The translations under genes and the position numbers were made by a program. Below, piece after piece: positions 1-10,690 of a stretch of DNA of 64,000 nucleotides. A model generated the notes under the pieces. That model was given only the letters and a program-made list of their open reading frames with translations. It did not search any database and had not been told where the DNA came from. The DNA comes from Candidatus Poribacteria bacterium. GTDB taxonomy: Bacteria > Poribacteria > WGA-4E > PCPOR2b. The first letter of the stretch is position 1, and each line of letters opens with the position of its first letter. The stretch lies in assembly GCA_965208675.1 (NCBI GenBank), contig OZ242351.1:3296001-3360000 (forward strand), given 5' to 3'.

Positions 1-2
1 AA

Positions 3-1952
3 GGCGATCAACCTCAAGCAATTGATAAACTTACTGAGGGCCTATTGAAGGGGGATGGGTTTCAGACATTGTTGGGCGTAACGGGGTCCGGCAAAACTTT
101 TACAATGGCTCACGTCGTTGCGAACCTGCAGCGTCCAACGCTTGTTATATCGCCGAACAAAACCCTCGCCGGACAATTGTACACCGAATTCCGGGAGTTC
201 TTTCCCAACAACGCCGTTCACTACTTTGTTAGTTACTATGACTACTACCAACCGGAGGCGTACATTCCCAGCACAGACACTTATATTGAGAAGGATATAC
301 AAATCAATGAGGAGATTGATCGGCTCCGCCTTGCTTCTACGGCATCGCTGTTATCACGCCCAGACGTCATCATTATTGCTAGTGTATCTTGCATTTTTGG
401 TATTGGGTCGCCGAAGGAGTACGATGTACAACGGGTCGAGCTGAAAACTGGTGACATCATTAAACGTAATAAGCTGCTGCGTTCACTTGTGGATATTCGG
501 TATGGGCGGAACGACGTCGATTTCTCGCGCGGGTGTTTTCGTGTGCGCGGGGATGTGATTGAGGTTTTTCCCGCATACTCAGACACCGCTTATCGGATTG
601 AACTCTTCGGCGACGAAGTAGATCGCATCACCGAGATTGACACACTCACCGGAGAAATCGTGGAAGACCATGCCGAAGTGGCGATTTATCCAGCAAAACA
701 TTTCATGACGGATGCTGAACGATTTGAACAAGCACTGTTGGACATTGAAACCGAACTTCAGGATCGGATTGATTACTTCATTTCGAACAACAAGCTACTG
801 GAGGCGCAGCGGATTGAGGGTCGGACGCGGTTTGATCTTGAGATGATGCGCGAGGTCGGTTACTGTTCGGGTATAGAAAACTATTCACGCCATATCTCCG
901 GTTTGCAGCCCGGCGAACCGCCGTACTGTCTAATTAACTACTTCCCCGACGATTATTTGATGTTCGTTGACGAATCTCATGTGACGCTGCCGCAACTGCG
1001 CGGGATGTATCGGGGCGACCGCTCACGAAAACAGTCGTTGGTGGATTACGGTTTCCGCCTCCCCTCTGCCCTAGATAACCGTCCGCTCCGGTTCGACGAG
1101 TTTCAATCGTACGTCAAACAGGCTGTGTTTGTCTCAGCAACCCCCGGGGAGTTTGAATTAGATAACAGCACCCAAGTCGTGGAACAAATCATTCGCCCAA
1201 CAGGATTGATTGATCCCAAGATAATCGTCCGTCCGGTCGAAGGACAGATTGACCACCTAATGGATGTCATTCAGGAGCGAGTTGCCCGGAACCAGCGTGT
1301 GTTGGTTACGACACTCACCAAACGGATGGCAGAAGGTCTGACCGACTACCTGACCGAAGGAGGCATTAAAGCTGAATACCTCCATTCCGACGTCGATACC
1401 TTGGATCGCGCCCGTATCTTGAAGGAACTACGCCAAGGTGTTTTCGACGTGCTTGTCGGGATAAACCTCCTCCGTGAAGGATTAGATCTCCCCGAAGTCT
1501 CGCTCGTGGCGATACTTGATGCGGATCGCGCTGGATTCCTCCGATCCCAAACTTCGCTAATCCAGATCGCTGGGCGCGCCGCCCGCAATGTCGATGGCGA
1601 GGTCATATTGTACGCGGATGAAGCGACGCCTGCCATCCGCAACGCCATTGATGAGGGCCAACGCCGGCGAAAAATTCAGATGGAGTATAATGAACAACAC
1701 GATATTACGCCGGCGACAATTAACAAAGCCATACACAACTTGATTGATGAACTTGCTACAGATTACGAGGAAAAATCGTCTGAAACAACCGTGCCCGCCA
1801 TTCCAGTGGAGGCTAATCTGGAAGAGATTCAGCCGTTAATTGCCAAATTGACGAAAGAGATGCAGGTTGCGGCAGTGGATCTGGAGTTCGAACGGGCAGC
1901 AGCGTTGCGGGACCAGATTGCAGAGATTAAGCGCGAGTTTGCAGACCACTAA
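3..1952 (+). CDS. uvrB: Excinuclease ABC subunit B, 5'-truncated by the window edge
   Basis: Frame is open from base 3 ([10 protein letters not shown]...). It has Walker A GVTGSGKT, the [10 protein letters not shown] beta-hairpin, [21 protein letters not shown] and a C-terminal UVR motif [11 protein letters not shown]. Confidence 0.98.
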   Translation, partial: GDQPQAIDKLTEGLLKGDGFQTLLGVTGSGKTFTMAHVVANLQRPTLVISPNKTLAGQLYTEFREFFPNNAVHYFVSYYDYYQPEAYIPSTDTYIEKDIQINEEIDRLRLASTASLLSRPDVIIIASVSCIFGIGSPKEYDVQRVELKTGDIIKRNKLLRSLVDIRYGRNDVDFSRGCFRVRGDVIEVFPAYSDTAYRIELFGDEVDRITEIDTLTGEIVEDHAEVAIYPAKHFMTDAERFEQALLDIETELQDRIDYFISNNKLLEAQRIEGRTRFDLEMMREVGYCSGIENYSRHISGLQPGEPPYCLINYFPDDYLMFVDESHVTLPQLRGMYRGDRSRKQSLVDYGFRLPSALDNRPLRFDEFQSYVKQAVFVSATPGEFELDNSTQVVEQIIRPTGLIDPKIIVRPVEGQIDHLMDVIQERVARNQRVLVTTLTKRMAEGLTDYLTEGGIKAEYLHSDVDTLDRARILKELRQGVFDVLVGINLLREGLDLPEVSLVAILDADRAGFLRSQTSLIQIAGRAARNVDGEVILYADEATPAIRNAIDEGQRRRKIQMEYNEQHDITPATINKAIHNLIDELATDYEEKSSETTVPAIPVEANLEEIQPLIAKLTKEMQVAAVDLEFERAAALRDQIAEIKREFADH

Positions 1953-2014
1953 AACGGCGTTTTTTGAACCGGCAACCCGCATCTTAATGGGGACAGAACA
2001 ACACAATTTATTTC

Positions 2015-2043
2015 TTGCATTTCTATATGAGGTGTGCTAAAAT
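2015..2043 (+). promoter_or_regulatory. Putative sigma70 promoter for the rubredoxin-like gene
   Basis: TTGCAT-17 bp-TAAAAT with an extended -10 TG, about 50 bp upstream of ATG 2095. Confidence 0.55.
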
Positions 2044-2094
2044 CAGCTTGGGTTGGGACGTAAATTATTGCCATACAGAAAGTGAGGACAACCA

Positions 2095-2367
2095 ATGTAT
2101 GTTTGTACGGCTTGTGGGTTTTTATGGACAGCGGAAGAGAGTCCGACCGAGGAGTGTCCCGCGTGCACAGCGCCAAAAGAGAAATTCATCCCTTATGATG
2201 ACCGGGCCGAACGGTGGGTAAAGCGAGCCGTTGCTCAGCATGTAATGTATCCTGATGAGGAGGGTGCGGATTTACGGGCTGAGAATTCAGCCTTGTCTTC
2301 GCATATCCGGTTTGCAATTGTTGGTTTTGGTGAAGATATCAGGAAGGCTGGGAACCTCAAAGGGTGA
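2095..2367 (+). CDS. Rubredoxin-like small metal-binding protein
   Basis: YVCTACG...ECPACTAPKEKF gives a CxxC...CPxC knuckle pair. RBS GAGGA upstream. Confidence 0.8.
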   Translation: MYVCTACGFLWTAEESPTEECPACTAPKEKFIPYDDRAERWVKRAVAQHVMYPDEEGADLRAENSALSSHIRFAIVGFGEDIRKAGNLKG

Positions 2368-2392
2368 CTATTTAACATAAGTGTTTGCCCCC

Positions 2393-2424
2393 GCTCAGAA
2401 ACAATAGTTTCTGGGCTTTTTTTT
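2393..2424 (+). terminator. Rho-independent terminator
   Basis: Stem GCTCAGAAAC / GTTTCTGGGC with a 4-nt loop, followed by T8. Confidence 0.8.
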
Positions 2425-2462
2425 GGAAGTCAACTAGTTGTCAGAAACAAAGAGGAGTTGTA

Positions 2463-4013
2463 ATGCAACTATTCAGAGCTGTCATACCTCAAACCATAAA
2501 AAGAACCAGCTTACTCGCTTGGGTATTTATCATTCTTTATCCCGTGACCTTAAATGCTGCCGGGTTTGAAGGAATCGAACAACAAATCCGGGAGCATGTT
2601 CTGCCTAACGGCATGAAGTTCATCATCCTTGAGCGGCATGACGCCCCGGTTTTTTCCGGACACATCTATGTCAATGTCGGCAGCAGCGATGAGGTCGTCG
2701 GGAATACAGGGATTTCCCACGTCTTCGAACACATGGCGTTCAAAGGAACAACCACCCTTGGAACAGTGGATTACAAAAAAGAAAAATCCATTATGGACAA
2801 ACTGGATAGGGTGTTCGATGACCTCAGAGCCGAATGGGGAAAAGGCAATCGTGCGAATACGGAGAGATTAAAGGAGTTAGAAACCGACTTTGATGCGCTA
2901 GAATCGGAAGTAGCCCAATATTCGAATGGCGAGGAATATTCAAAGATTCTAGAGCAGGAGGGCGCCGTTGGCGTGAATGCGGGTACATCTGCTGATTATA
3001 CAGTGTATTTTTATAGTCTCCCTTCGAATAAGCTGGAGTTGTGGATGGCGTTTGAATCTGAGAGATTTTTTGAACCGGTGCTCAGAGATTTCTTCAAAGA
3101 GAAAGAAGTTATCAAGGAGGAGCGCCGTCTTAGGACTGAAAGCAGCCCTGTTGGGAGATTGATTGAGGAACTCACAGGACTTGCTTATCTTGCACATCCG
3201 TATGGGCAGCCGACTATCGGCCATATGTCAGACATTCACACAACCACTCGAGCCGAAGCGCTGAAATTTTTTGAAGAACACTACACGCCAAGAAATATGG
3301 TTGCGGCAATTGTTGGTGACGTAAACGCCGATACAGTAATTGAATTGGCGGAAAAATATTTTGGCAGACTTCCATCTCGACAGGATGTGCCGCTTGTTGA
3401 GACTGCCGAGCCTAAACAGTTAGGCGAGCGGCGTGTCAAAATTGTGGAACAAACACAACCCGTAATTGTTATTGCGTATCATAAGCCCGAAATCAGACAT
3501 CCAGATAACGCCGTGTTTAATGCAATCACCGATATCTTGGCATCAGGGCGCACATCGCGCTTGTACAAACGATTAGTCCGAGACGAGAAAATTTCGATTT
3601 CCGCAGGCGCCTTTCCGGGGTTTCCGGGTGAAAAATATCCAAATCTGTTTGTTTTCTATTCATTTCCTGCTCAGGGGCATACGAACGCAGAAAATGAAGA
3701 AATGATTCTGACTGAGATTGAGACACTCAAAACGGAGCTGGTTTCGGAAGCGGAGTTAAAGAAGGTCAAACGGCGTGCAAAAGCGGGGTTAATTCATTCG
3801 CTGCGTTCTAGCAGCGGGTTAGCTAGTATGTTGTGTAGTTCTGAATTCCTCTTGGGAGATTGGAGAGAACTCTTCAAGTCCCTTGAACGAATTGAAATGG
3901 TGACGGCTGACGATATTACGCGGGTTGCGAATGAATATTTCGTAAGCTCCAATCGATCCGTAGCAGAACTTGTGACCGAGGCAACTAAGGAAGAAAAGGA
4001 GGCGGGCGAATGA
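2463..4013 (+). CDS. M16 (pitrilysin-family) zinc peptidase, catalytic subunit, exported
   Basis: Inverted zincin HVFEH(MAFKGT), LPNGM start motif and KEVIKEERRLR. Signal peptide present; RBS GAGGAG before ATG 2463. Confidence 0.92.
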   Translation: MQLFRAVIPQTIKRTSLLAWVFIILYPVTLNAAGFEGIEQQIREHVLPNGMKFIILERHDAPVFSGHIYVNVGSSDEVVGNTGISHVFEHMAFKGTTTLGTVDYKKEKSIMDKLDRVFDDLRAEWGKGNRANTERLKELETDFDALESEVAQYSNGEEYSKILEQEGAVGVNAGTSADYTVYFYSLPSNKLELWMAFESERFFEPVLRDFFKEKEVIKEERRLRTESSPVGRLIEELTGLAYLAHPYGQPTIGHMSDIHTTTRAEALKFFEEHYTPRNMVAAIVGDVNADTVIELAEKYFGRLPSRQDVPLVETAEPKQLGERRVKIVEQTQPVIVIAYHKPEIRHPDNAVFNAITDILASGRTSRLYKRLVRDEKISISAGAFPGFPGEKYPNLFVFYSFPAQGHTNAENEEMILTEIETLKTELVSEAELKKVKRRAKAGLIHSLRSSSGLASMLCSSEFLLGDWRELFKSLERIEMVTADDITRVANEYFVSSNRSVAELVTEATKEEKEAGE

Positions 4014-6235
4014 GAAAAATCGCATTTCATATATTTCTATGCACCCTGACATTTGTTCTGGCCGCAAGTGCAAGCAACCAGATGACGCCGCATCAACAAT
4101 CCACGGGGGTTTTGGCTGATGCGCGCAATCTGCCGGATGGAGAAATAAGCGTATCTGAGGAGGCTGCACCCAGAAAAAAACCGCACGAAGGGCTCGTCTA
4201 CCCACCATTGAATCAGCCGCAGCCGCCGGTTCCCCAAAGGATTGAATTGGACAATGGGATAGTTGTCTATCTATTAGAAGAGCGCGAGTTTCCGATTATT
4301 GAAATTTCGGTTTGGATTCGCACCGGTTCAATTTACGAACCGGCGGACAAGGTCGGGTTGGCGGAAATTACCGGGGCAGTCATGCGTACGGGTGGAACGA
4401 CAAGTAAAACCGGAGATGAACTCGATGAAATCCTTGAGAGTTTAGCCGCATCGGTTGAAACAGGTATCGGCGGTGATTCAGGCTCAGCGTCAATGTCGGT
4501 TTTGAAAGAAGATCTTGATACGGGCCTATCTATCCTTGCCGATATTCTCATGAATCCTGCGTTCCGAGAGGATAAAATCGAGTTGGAAAAGGTGCAGCAT
4601 CGCAGCACCATTTCGCGGCGAAATGACAACCCAACAGGTATTACAGCACGAGAATTCCGGAAACTCATCTATGGAGCGGACAGCCCTTATGCGCGTACGA
4701 CCGAGTATGATACAATAAACAATATTACTCGTGATGACATCGTGGCTTTTTATCAGAAGTATTTCCACCCGAACAACGTCATTATAGGTGTGCTTGGTGA
4801 CTTTAGTTCCGAAGCTATGCTAGCGAAAATACAGGATACATTCAAGGAGTGGGCACCTGCGGAGATGGCAATCACTGCAATACCCGAAGTTCCCGCAACG
4901 TCTGTGAAGAGAGTTGCGCTAGTGAACAAGGACGACGTGAACCAGACAAATATCCGAATGGGACATATTGGCTGGTTGCGTAAGAATGAGGACTATCCTG
5001 CCTTGGTAGTGATGTCCCAAATTCTCGGCATTGGATTTTCCAGCCGGTTGATGAACACCATCCGAGTTGAAAAAGGGCTGGCATATTCAGTAGGGAACAA
5101 CTATGGCGCCGGTTATGATGTGCCCGGCGTATTCTACATTGTGTGCGGCACCAAGTCGGAATCCACTGTGACGGCAATCGAGGCGATACTGGCTGAAGTC
5201 GAAAAGATGCGAATTGAGGAGGTCACCGGCGAAGAGTTAAAACAGGCAATTGACGGCTTCATGAATTCTTCTGTGTTTGACTATGATTCCAAGGCAGAGA
5301 TACTGTCTCGCGCGCTCCGGTATGAATACTATGAATATCCACAGGATTTCGTTGAGCAGCTCATGGCGGGGATTCGGGCGGTAACGAAAGCAGATGTCAA
5401 GCGCGTTGCCAGTGAATATCTACATCCAGACAAATTTGCGCTCATCGCTGTTGGCAAGTCTAGCGATTTTGATAAACCGTTGAATTCGCTTGGAGATGTA
5501 ACAGAAGTCGATATTGCTATTCCACCTCCCTCACCCGAACCTGTCCCCGAAGCGGGTGAAGAAGAAATTACCATGGCGAATGCAATTCTTGGCGAAGTCG
5601 TCGAGGTGTACGGCGGTCATGAGAAATTAAACTTGGTGAAGAATCTTGTGGCTAACGGTCAATTCTCTATGAAAACGCCTGGGGGTATGATGCAAGCAGA
5701 AATAAAACGGTATCATGTTTTACCAGACAAAATCCGACTCGATATGTCGTTTCCATCAATGGGTATGCAGGCAAGCCAGGTATTTGATGGTAAATCTGCT
5801 TGGATGGTAACCCCTCACGGCGTTCAACCCCTTCCCGAGTCACAAGCCGAAGAAATCAAAAAAGTTGCCCTTCGAGACACCATCTACCTGCTAACCCGCT
5901 TTTCTTCAAGCGATGACATATCTGTTCAATATCTCGGGACAGAAGATGTAAATGGGAAATTGGCCCACGCTCTAAAGATTACTTCATCGGATGTGGATGC
6001 ATTGAAACTTTTTATTGACCAAGAAACAAAGTATATCATTAAGAAATCGTATCAAGGGATGGGACAGGCGGGTCCAGTGGAGACGGAGGAGTTTATTGAT
6101 GATTATCGAGATGTCTCTGGCGTGAAATTTGGATTTCACTCGGTCGTTTTCCAAAATGGAGAGGAATTCGCCGAAGGCACCTTGTACGAGATAATAATCA
6201 ATGCTGAGGTGGATGAATCGCTGTTCGAGAAGTAG
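4010..6235 (+). CDS. M16 peptidase non-catalytic subunit with C-terminal LolA-like extension
   Basis: LDNGI start, no HXXEH, SRL..IRVEKGLAY motif. About 220-aa beta-rich tail ending INAEVDESLFEK. Overlaps the previous gene (ATGA). Confidence 0.88.
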   Translation: MRKIAFHIFLCTLTFVLAASASNQMTPHQQSTGVLADARNLPDGEISVSEEAAPRKKPHEGLVYPPLNQPQPPVPQRIELDNGIVVYLLEEREFPIIEISVWIRTGSIYEPADKVGLAEITGAVMRTGGTTSKTGDELDEILESLAASVETGIGGDSGSASMSVLKEDLDTGLSILADILMNPAFREDKIELEKVQHRSTISRRNDNPTGITAREFRKLIYGADSPYARTTEYDTINNITRDDIVAFYQKYFHPNNVIIGVLGDFSSEAMLAKIQDTFKEWAPAEMAITAIPEVPATSVKRVALVNKDDVNQTNIRMGHIGWLRKNEDYPALVVMSQILGIGFSSRLMNTIRVEKGLAYSVGNNYGAGYDVPGVFYIVCGTKSESTVTAIEAILAEVEKMRIEEVTGEELKQAIDGFMNSSVFDYDSKAEILSRALRYEYYEYPQDFVEQLMAGIRAVTKADVKRVASEYLHPDKFALIAVGKSSDFDKPLNSLGDVTEVDIAIPPPSPEPVPEAGEEEITMANAILGEVVEVYGGHEKLNLVKNLVANGQFSMKTPGGMMQAEIKRYHVLPDKIRLDMSFPSMGMQASQVFDGKSAWMVTPHGVQPLPESQAEEIKKVALRDTIYLLTRFSSSDDISVQYLGTEDVNGKLAHALKITSSDVDALKLFIDQETKYIIKKSYQGMGQAGPVETEEFIDDYRDVSGVKFGFHSVVFQNGEEFAEGTLYEIIINAEVDESLFEK

Positions 6236-6286
6236 TCCCGTTACAATTCTTCATATTATGCGTTTCGGCTTTGTACATTCCCTAAC

Positions 6287-7063
6287 ATGAAGCAAATCTT
6301 TCTTGAGATTAACAACCGATTGAAGTTGATTGTTCTTGAATTGCAAGAACTCACACTTTTCATCGGTCGTGTGATTCGCGGCTTGTTCCGAAGACCTCGA
6401 TATTGGAAAGATTTGTTTGACCACATGGATATTCTGGGCGTGGGGTCGCTAGTAATTGTGCTCATCGCGGGGTGTTGCGTCGGGGCTATTATTTCAATGG
6501 AAACCCTGTACCAACTTCGGTCATACGGTGCACAGTCTTTCCTCGGCCGTGTAACTGGCGATTCAATCGTCCGAGGTGCAGGCCCTGTCTTCACAGCGAT
6601 GATTGTTTCCAGCCGTATCTGCCCAGCGACTGCTGCTGAACTGGGATCGATGCAAGTGAGTCAACAGATTGATGCGCTCGTGACGATGGGTATTGACCCT
6701 ATTCGCAAACTGATTACGCCGCGCATCATCGCTAGCCTTTTTATATACCCAGCCCTTACATGCGCCCACACTGTAGCTGCCCTCCTATCGGGCGGTTTAG
6801 TTGCCGAGTTATCGGGCGAGTTAACACTAATGCGATTTTTGAGAGAGTCTTTGGCTGAAGTTTCCTCCGGCGATTTACTTTGGGGATTGATGAAGGCAGT
6901 CGTATTCGGCCTAGTGGTGGTAACGCTTGCCTGCTACTCCGGTATTCGAGTGTCAGGTGGAGCAATTGGTGTACGTAAAGGCGCTACGCGTGCCGCGGTT
7001 AACGCAATCTTGCTCATACTGTTTTTTGATTTTCTGGTAACTAGCTTGGGAAGATCGCTCTAG
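6287..7063 (+). CDS. mlaE: MlaE-family ABC permease
   Basis: AAELGSMQVSQQIDALVTMGIDPIRKLITPR signature, GGAIGV motif and multiple TM helices. Confidence 0.93.
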   Translation: MKQIFLEINNRLKLIVLELQELTLFIGRVIRGLFRRPRYWKDLFDHMDILGVGSLVIVLIAGCCVGAIISMETLYQLRSYGAQSFLGRVTGDSIVRGAGPVFTAMIVSSRICPATAAELGSMQVSQQIDALVTMGIDPIRKLITPRIIASLFIYPALTCAHTVAALLSGGLVAELSGELTLMRFLRESLAEVSSGDLLWGLMKAVVFGLVVVTLACYSGIRVSGGAIGVRKGATRAAVNAILLILFFDFLVTSLGRSL

Positions 7064-7212
7064 GATGGGATAACCGCGTTTGCCGGGTTAACTGTTTGAA
7101 GTTGTTTGGATTTGTCACTACCCGAAGAGAAAAACGGTGTTTGCAAGTATGTGCCCAATCAGCCAAAAAACATTCGACGATAAAACTCACTTCGCGGCGG
7201 CCGTTAAATCAA

Positions 7213-7971
7213 ATGATTATACTGAAAAATATTGACTTTTTCTATGGGGATACACAAATCCTCAAAAATATCACATTTGATATCCCCGCTGGGGAAGTGA
7301 CCACGATTCTTGGGCCAAGCGGATCGGGGAAGACTACGCTGCTTCGTATCTTAACCGGATTACTCCAACCTGCAGGCGGCGAAATCTGGATGCGTGAAAA
7401 GAGTTTGACGACGTTGTCTAAAACAGAACAGGAACACATGCGAAATAATATGGCGATTGTCTTTCAGAACGGTGCGCTTTTCGATTCTCTCACTGTTTGG
7501 GAAAACGTCGCTTTTCCGCTTCACGAACGCTTTTCAATGCCTCTGGCAATCATTCGCCGAGAAGTTGACAAACTCCTTGACTTAGTTGGTTTGCAGAACG
7601 CCGCCGAATTGACCATTAATCAATGCAGCGGGGGAATGCAGATGCGAGTTGCTATTGCCCGCGCTTTTGCCTGTCACCCGGAGATTATTCTTTACGATGA
7701 ACCGACCTCAGGACTCGATCCGATTGCCCGCGACCGTATCTGTGATTGTATTCAAAAGCAACAGTTCCAGCACAATGTGACATCCGTACTTGTGACCCAT
7801 CAGTTGGCGACGGCGTTTCGTGTTTCCAAGCGCTTTATTTGCCTCTACGCTGGTGAAATCCTTTTTGACGGGACTGCTGATGAATTAACAGCATCAAAAA
7901 ATCCCTATGTTCAGAGATTCATCCAACCTTCGAAGCGGGTTTATCGGGTCCTCGAATCCGATTTGACCTAA
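7213..7971 (+). CDS. mlaF: MlaF-family ABC ATPase
   Basis: GPSGSGKT, VFQNGALFDSLTVWENVAFPL, SGGM and LYDEPTSGLDP. Start taken at ATG 7213. Confidence 0.93.
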   Translation: MIILKNIDFFYGDTQILKNITFDIPAGEVTTILGPSGSGKTTLLRILTGLLQPAGGEIWMREKSLTTLSKTEQEHMRNNMAIVFQNGALFDSLTVWENVAFPLHERFSMPLAIIRREVDKLLDLVGLQNAAELTINQCSGGMQMRVAIARAFACHPEIILYDEPTSGLDPIARDRICDCIQKQQFQHNVTSVLVTHQLATAFRVSKRFICLYAGEILFDGTADELTASKNPYVQRFIQPSKRVYRVLESDLT

Positions 7972-8024
7972 TTCCCAATGTTTATTGCCGAGCGAATTTG
8001 ACAAAATTCACGGAGAAATAATTC

Positions 8025-9353
8025 ATGCGATTACAAAGAGCACAAGTCACTTGGTCTCAATTGCGTGTGGGGGTATTTGCGGCAATATGCCTAGTAATTA
8101 TATTTTGGTTTTTGTTTTACAGCGAAAATGGACTGAGAGCCATTAGAAATCAATTTACCGTCGAGACGTTTATCGATTCTGCAGCGGGTGTCAAACCGGG
8201 GACGCCCGTCCGCTTGGCTGGTATTGAAGTAGGAGAAGCCAAGAAAGTTGAATTCATTCATCATATGGGGATGAATAAAGTCCGTATCCAGTTGGCGCTG
8301 AACAAAAATGCAGCCGAACACCTAAGAAGCGATTCGATTGTCCAAGTTAAGTCTGCAGGGCTAACTGACAACAAAGTTATAGAGATTTCATTGGGCACCT
8401 CAGCGGGTACACTAGTTGCAGCCGGTGACACATTGCCAAGCATGCCGCCGATGGAGGCAACTGTTGTATTAAATCAGATAGTGGCGGTCAGCAACAGCAT
8501 GAATAGCTTCTTGAACAGATTCGAGAGCCTCGTCAGTCAACTTCAAGTAGGTGATGGTACATTTGCACAATTGTTGAAAGATGGTAAAATCTACCAAAAC
8601 CTAAACCGAGCAACGCAAGGCGTTTCGCATTTGATGTCAAATTTAAATGAGGGCGAAGGTCTTCTTCCCCAATTGCTTTCCGATGGAGAATTTGCCGAGA
8701 ATGTTACGCAGAGCGCTGCTTCCACGGCAGTATGGGGAAAAAATGTTGCTAACGGAGAGGGCACGTTGGGCAAATTGAGCACGGATGCTGCGCTCTTCAA
8801 TCAGGCGTTAGCCTTTACGACAAAAGGCGATCAAGTATTGGAAAACCTTGAAGCCCGCTTAGAAAGGGCGATCGCCTTGACGGAGGTACTGGTCGAAAAA
8901 ATATCCCACGGTGAGGGAACGGCCGCAAAGTTTGTCAACACGCCGGAACTGTACAATCAAATTCACGCCACGGCGGAAAAGATGGAACAGTTTATAGAAC
9001 TCGCACAGTCGGGTGAGGGAGCAGTCGGACAGCTCTTGTCAAATGCAATGTTTGCCGAGCAGATTTCCGCAACTACGGCATCCATTGCAACGTTGACCCA
9101 GAAACTCAATACTCCCGGAAATACGATTGACACTCTTGCAACAGGATCGGATTTGGTGGATAGCCTGCTAGCAACGACGGTTCATTTGGAATCCATCTTG
9201 ACAAAGGTCGACAACGGGGAAGGCTCCTTGGGGCAGTTAACGGCTGATCCGCAGACTGCCGAAAGCCTCTTACGGCTAGTCGACAATCTCAGGACACTCA
9301 TTGCAGACATTCATGCAAATCCGAAAAAATATGTTAAGCTCAGTCTTTTTTAG
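8025..9353 (+). CDS. mlaD: MlaD/MCE protein with long helical repeat extension
   Basis: N-terminal TM, MCE motif AGVKPGTPVRLAGIEVG, repeated G(E/D)GxxxxL units and C-terminal NPKKYVKLSLF. Confidence 0.9.
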   Translation: MRLQRAQVTWSQLRVGVFAAICLVIIFWFLFYSENGLRAIRNQFTVETFIDSAAGVKPGTPVRLAGIEVGEAKKVEFIHHMGMNKVRIQLALNKNAAEHLRSDSIVQVKSAGLTDNKVIEISLGTSAGTLVAAGDTLPSMPPMEATVVLNQIVAVSNSMNSFLNRFESLVSQLQVGDGTFAQLLKDGKIYQNLNRATQGVSHLMSNLNEGEGLLPQLLSDGEFAENVTQSAASTAVWGKNVANGEGTLGKLSTDAALFNQALAFTTKGDQVLENLEARLERAIALTEVLVEKISHGEGTAAKFVNTPELYNQIHATAEKMEQFIELAQSGEGAVGQLLSNAMFAEQISATTASIATLTQKLNTPGNTIDTLATGSDLVDSLLATTVHLESILTKVDNGEGSLGQLTADPQTAESLLRLVDNLRTLIADIHANPKKYVKLSLF

Positions 9354-9433
9354 AATTGAATATAATTCAGTCACTGAATCATTCAAATCATACTTCCAAG
9401 CTTCTCACTGTTAAGTAATGATCGGAACGCGCA

Positions 9434-10645
9434 ATGGATCTATTTGAAAAATGTTTGGATTTTACCAGTGGTAAAAGTGTCCTCGGGAAAGGCACCAAAC
9501 AAGCACGAGAAGCGGGGCTTTATCCTTACTTCATTCCAATCCAAGAATCTAGAGATACTGAAGTCATTATTGACGGCGAAAAAAAAGTGATGATTGGCTC
9601 CAATAATTACCTCGGTTTGACGCATCACCCGAAGGTTCTTGAGGCGGCTGCTGCTGCTGCCCAAAAATTTGGTTCTGGCTGCACGGGAAGCCGTTTTCTG
9701 AACGGAACGCTCGATATTCACATCGGGCTCGAAGAAGCGCTTGCCGAATTTGTACATAAGGAGTCTGCGTTAGTTTTTAGCACCGGCTTTCTTGTGAACC
9801 TTGGTGTGATAGGCGCGCTTGTAAAGCGCAAGGACATCGCATTCATTGATGCCTTGAGTCACGCGAGTATCGTTGATGCATGCCTGTTCTCTCGTGGAGA
9901 AATGGTAAGATTTGCGCATAACGACTTAGCTGATCTCAGCCGCAGATTGGAATTAGCGGCTTCCCAAGCGGGTAAGCTCATAGTTGTGGAAGGTGTTTAC
10001 AGTATGGAGGGCGACATTGCGAATCTTCCCGGCATCGTGGAAGCAGCCCAAAAACACCATTGCCGATTGATGGTTGACGATGCACACGCAGTTGGTGTAC
10101 TCGGACCGACAGGCGCAGGAAGTGCGGAACACTTCGATGTTGAAAACGATGTCGACCTAATTATGGGCACTTTCAGCAAGTCTTTTGCGTGCATTGGAGG
10201 TTTTATCGCCGGCGAAGCGGCTGTACTCGACTACCTGAAACACCATGGCCGCAGTTTAATCTTTAGTGCAAGCATGCCCCCATCCGCGGTTGCGACCGTA
10301 CATGCGGCGTTAGAAATCATCAAGTCCGAACCGGAACGGCGCGAGCGGCTTTGGCAGAATACCCGAAAAATGCAGGAAGGGTTCCGATCGCTCGGATTTG
10401 ACATCGGCCAGTCTGAATCTCCTGTTGTTCCAATTCTCACCGAAGATGATACAACAGCTTTGGTACTTTGGAGACGCTTGCTTGACGAGGGAATTTTCAC
10501 AAATCCAGTTCCCGGCGCCAGTGCTGCCGTGCCGCCGGGAGGTGCGCGACTTCGTACAAGCTATATGGCGACACACACTGACGATCACCTCGACTTTGTA
10601 CTTGACAAGTTTGCGAAACTCGGTAAAGAACTAGGGATTATTTAA
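9434..10645 (+). CDS. spt: Alpha-oxoamine synthase, probable serine palmitoyltransferase
   Basis: PLP motifs GSNNYLGL, GSRFLNGT, DDAH and GTFSKS. The GLYPYF N-terminus and GSRFLNGT are typical of bacterial SPT rather than BioF/Kbl. Adjacent to a bCerS-like gene. Confidence 0.8.
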   Translation: MDLFEKCLDFTSGKSVLGKGTKQAREAGLYPYFIPIQESRDTEVIIDGEKKVMIGSNNYLGLTHHPKVLEAAAAAAQKFGSGCTGSRFLNGTLDIHIGLEEALAEFVHKESALVFSTGFLVNLGVIGALVKRKDIAFIDALSHASIVDACLFSRGEMVRFAHNDLADLSRRLELAASQAGKLIVVEGVYSMEGDIANLPGIVEAAQKHHCRLMVDDAHAVGVLGPTGAGSAEHFDVENDVDLIMGTFSKSFACIGGFIAGEAAVLDYLKHHGRSLIFSASMPPSAVATVHAALEIIKSEPERRERLWQNTRKMQEGFRSLGFDIGQSESPVVPILTEDDTTALVLWRRLLDEGIFTNPVPGASAAVPPGGARLRTSYMATHTDDHLDFVLDKFAKLGKELGII

Positions 10646-10690
10646 GAATTGAACATAGAACGCAATTTATGCTAGTTACCAATATTCAAC

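Noticed and set aside
9434-10645. Annotation as bioF or kbl
   Set aside because: No biotin or tdh genes are nearby. The motifs and the adjacent bCerS-like gene favour SPT, though this is not formally excluded without a phylogeny.
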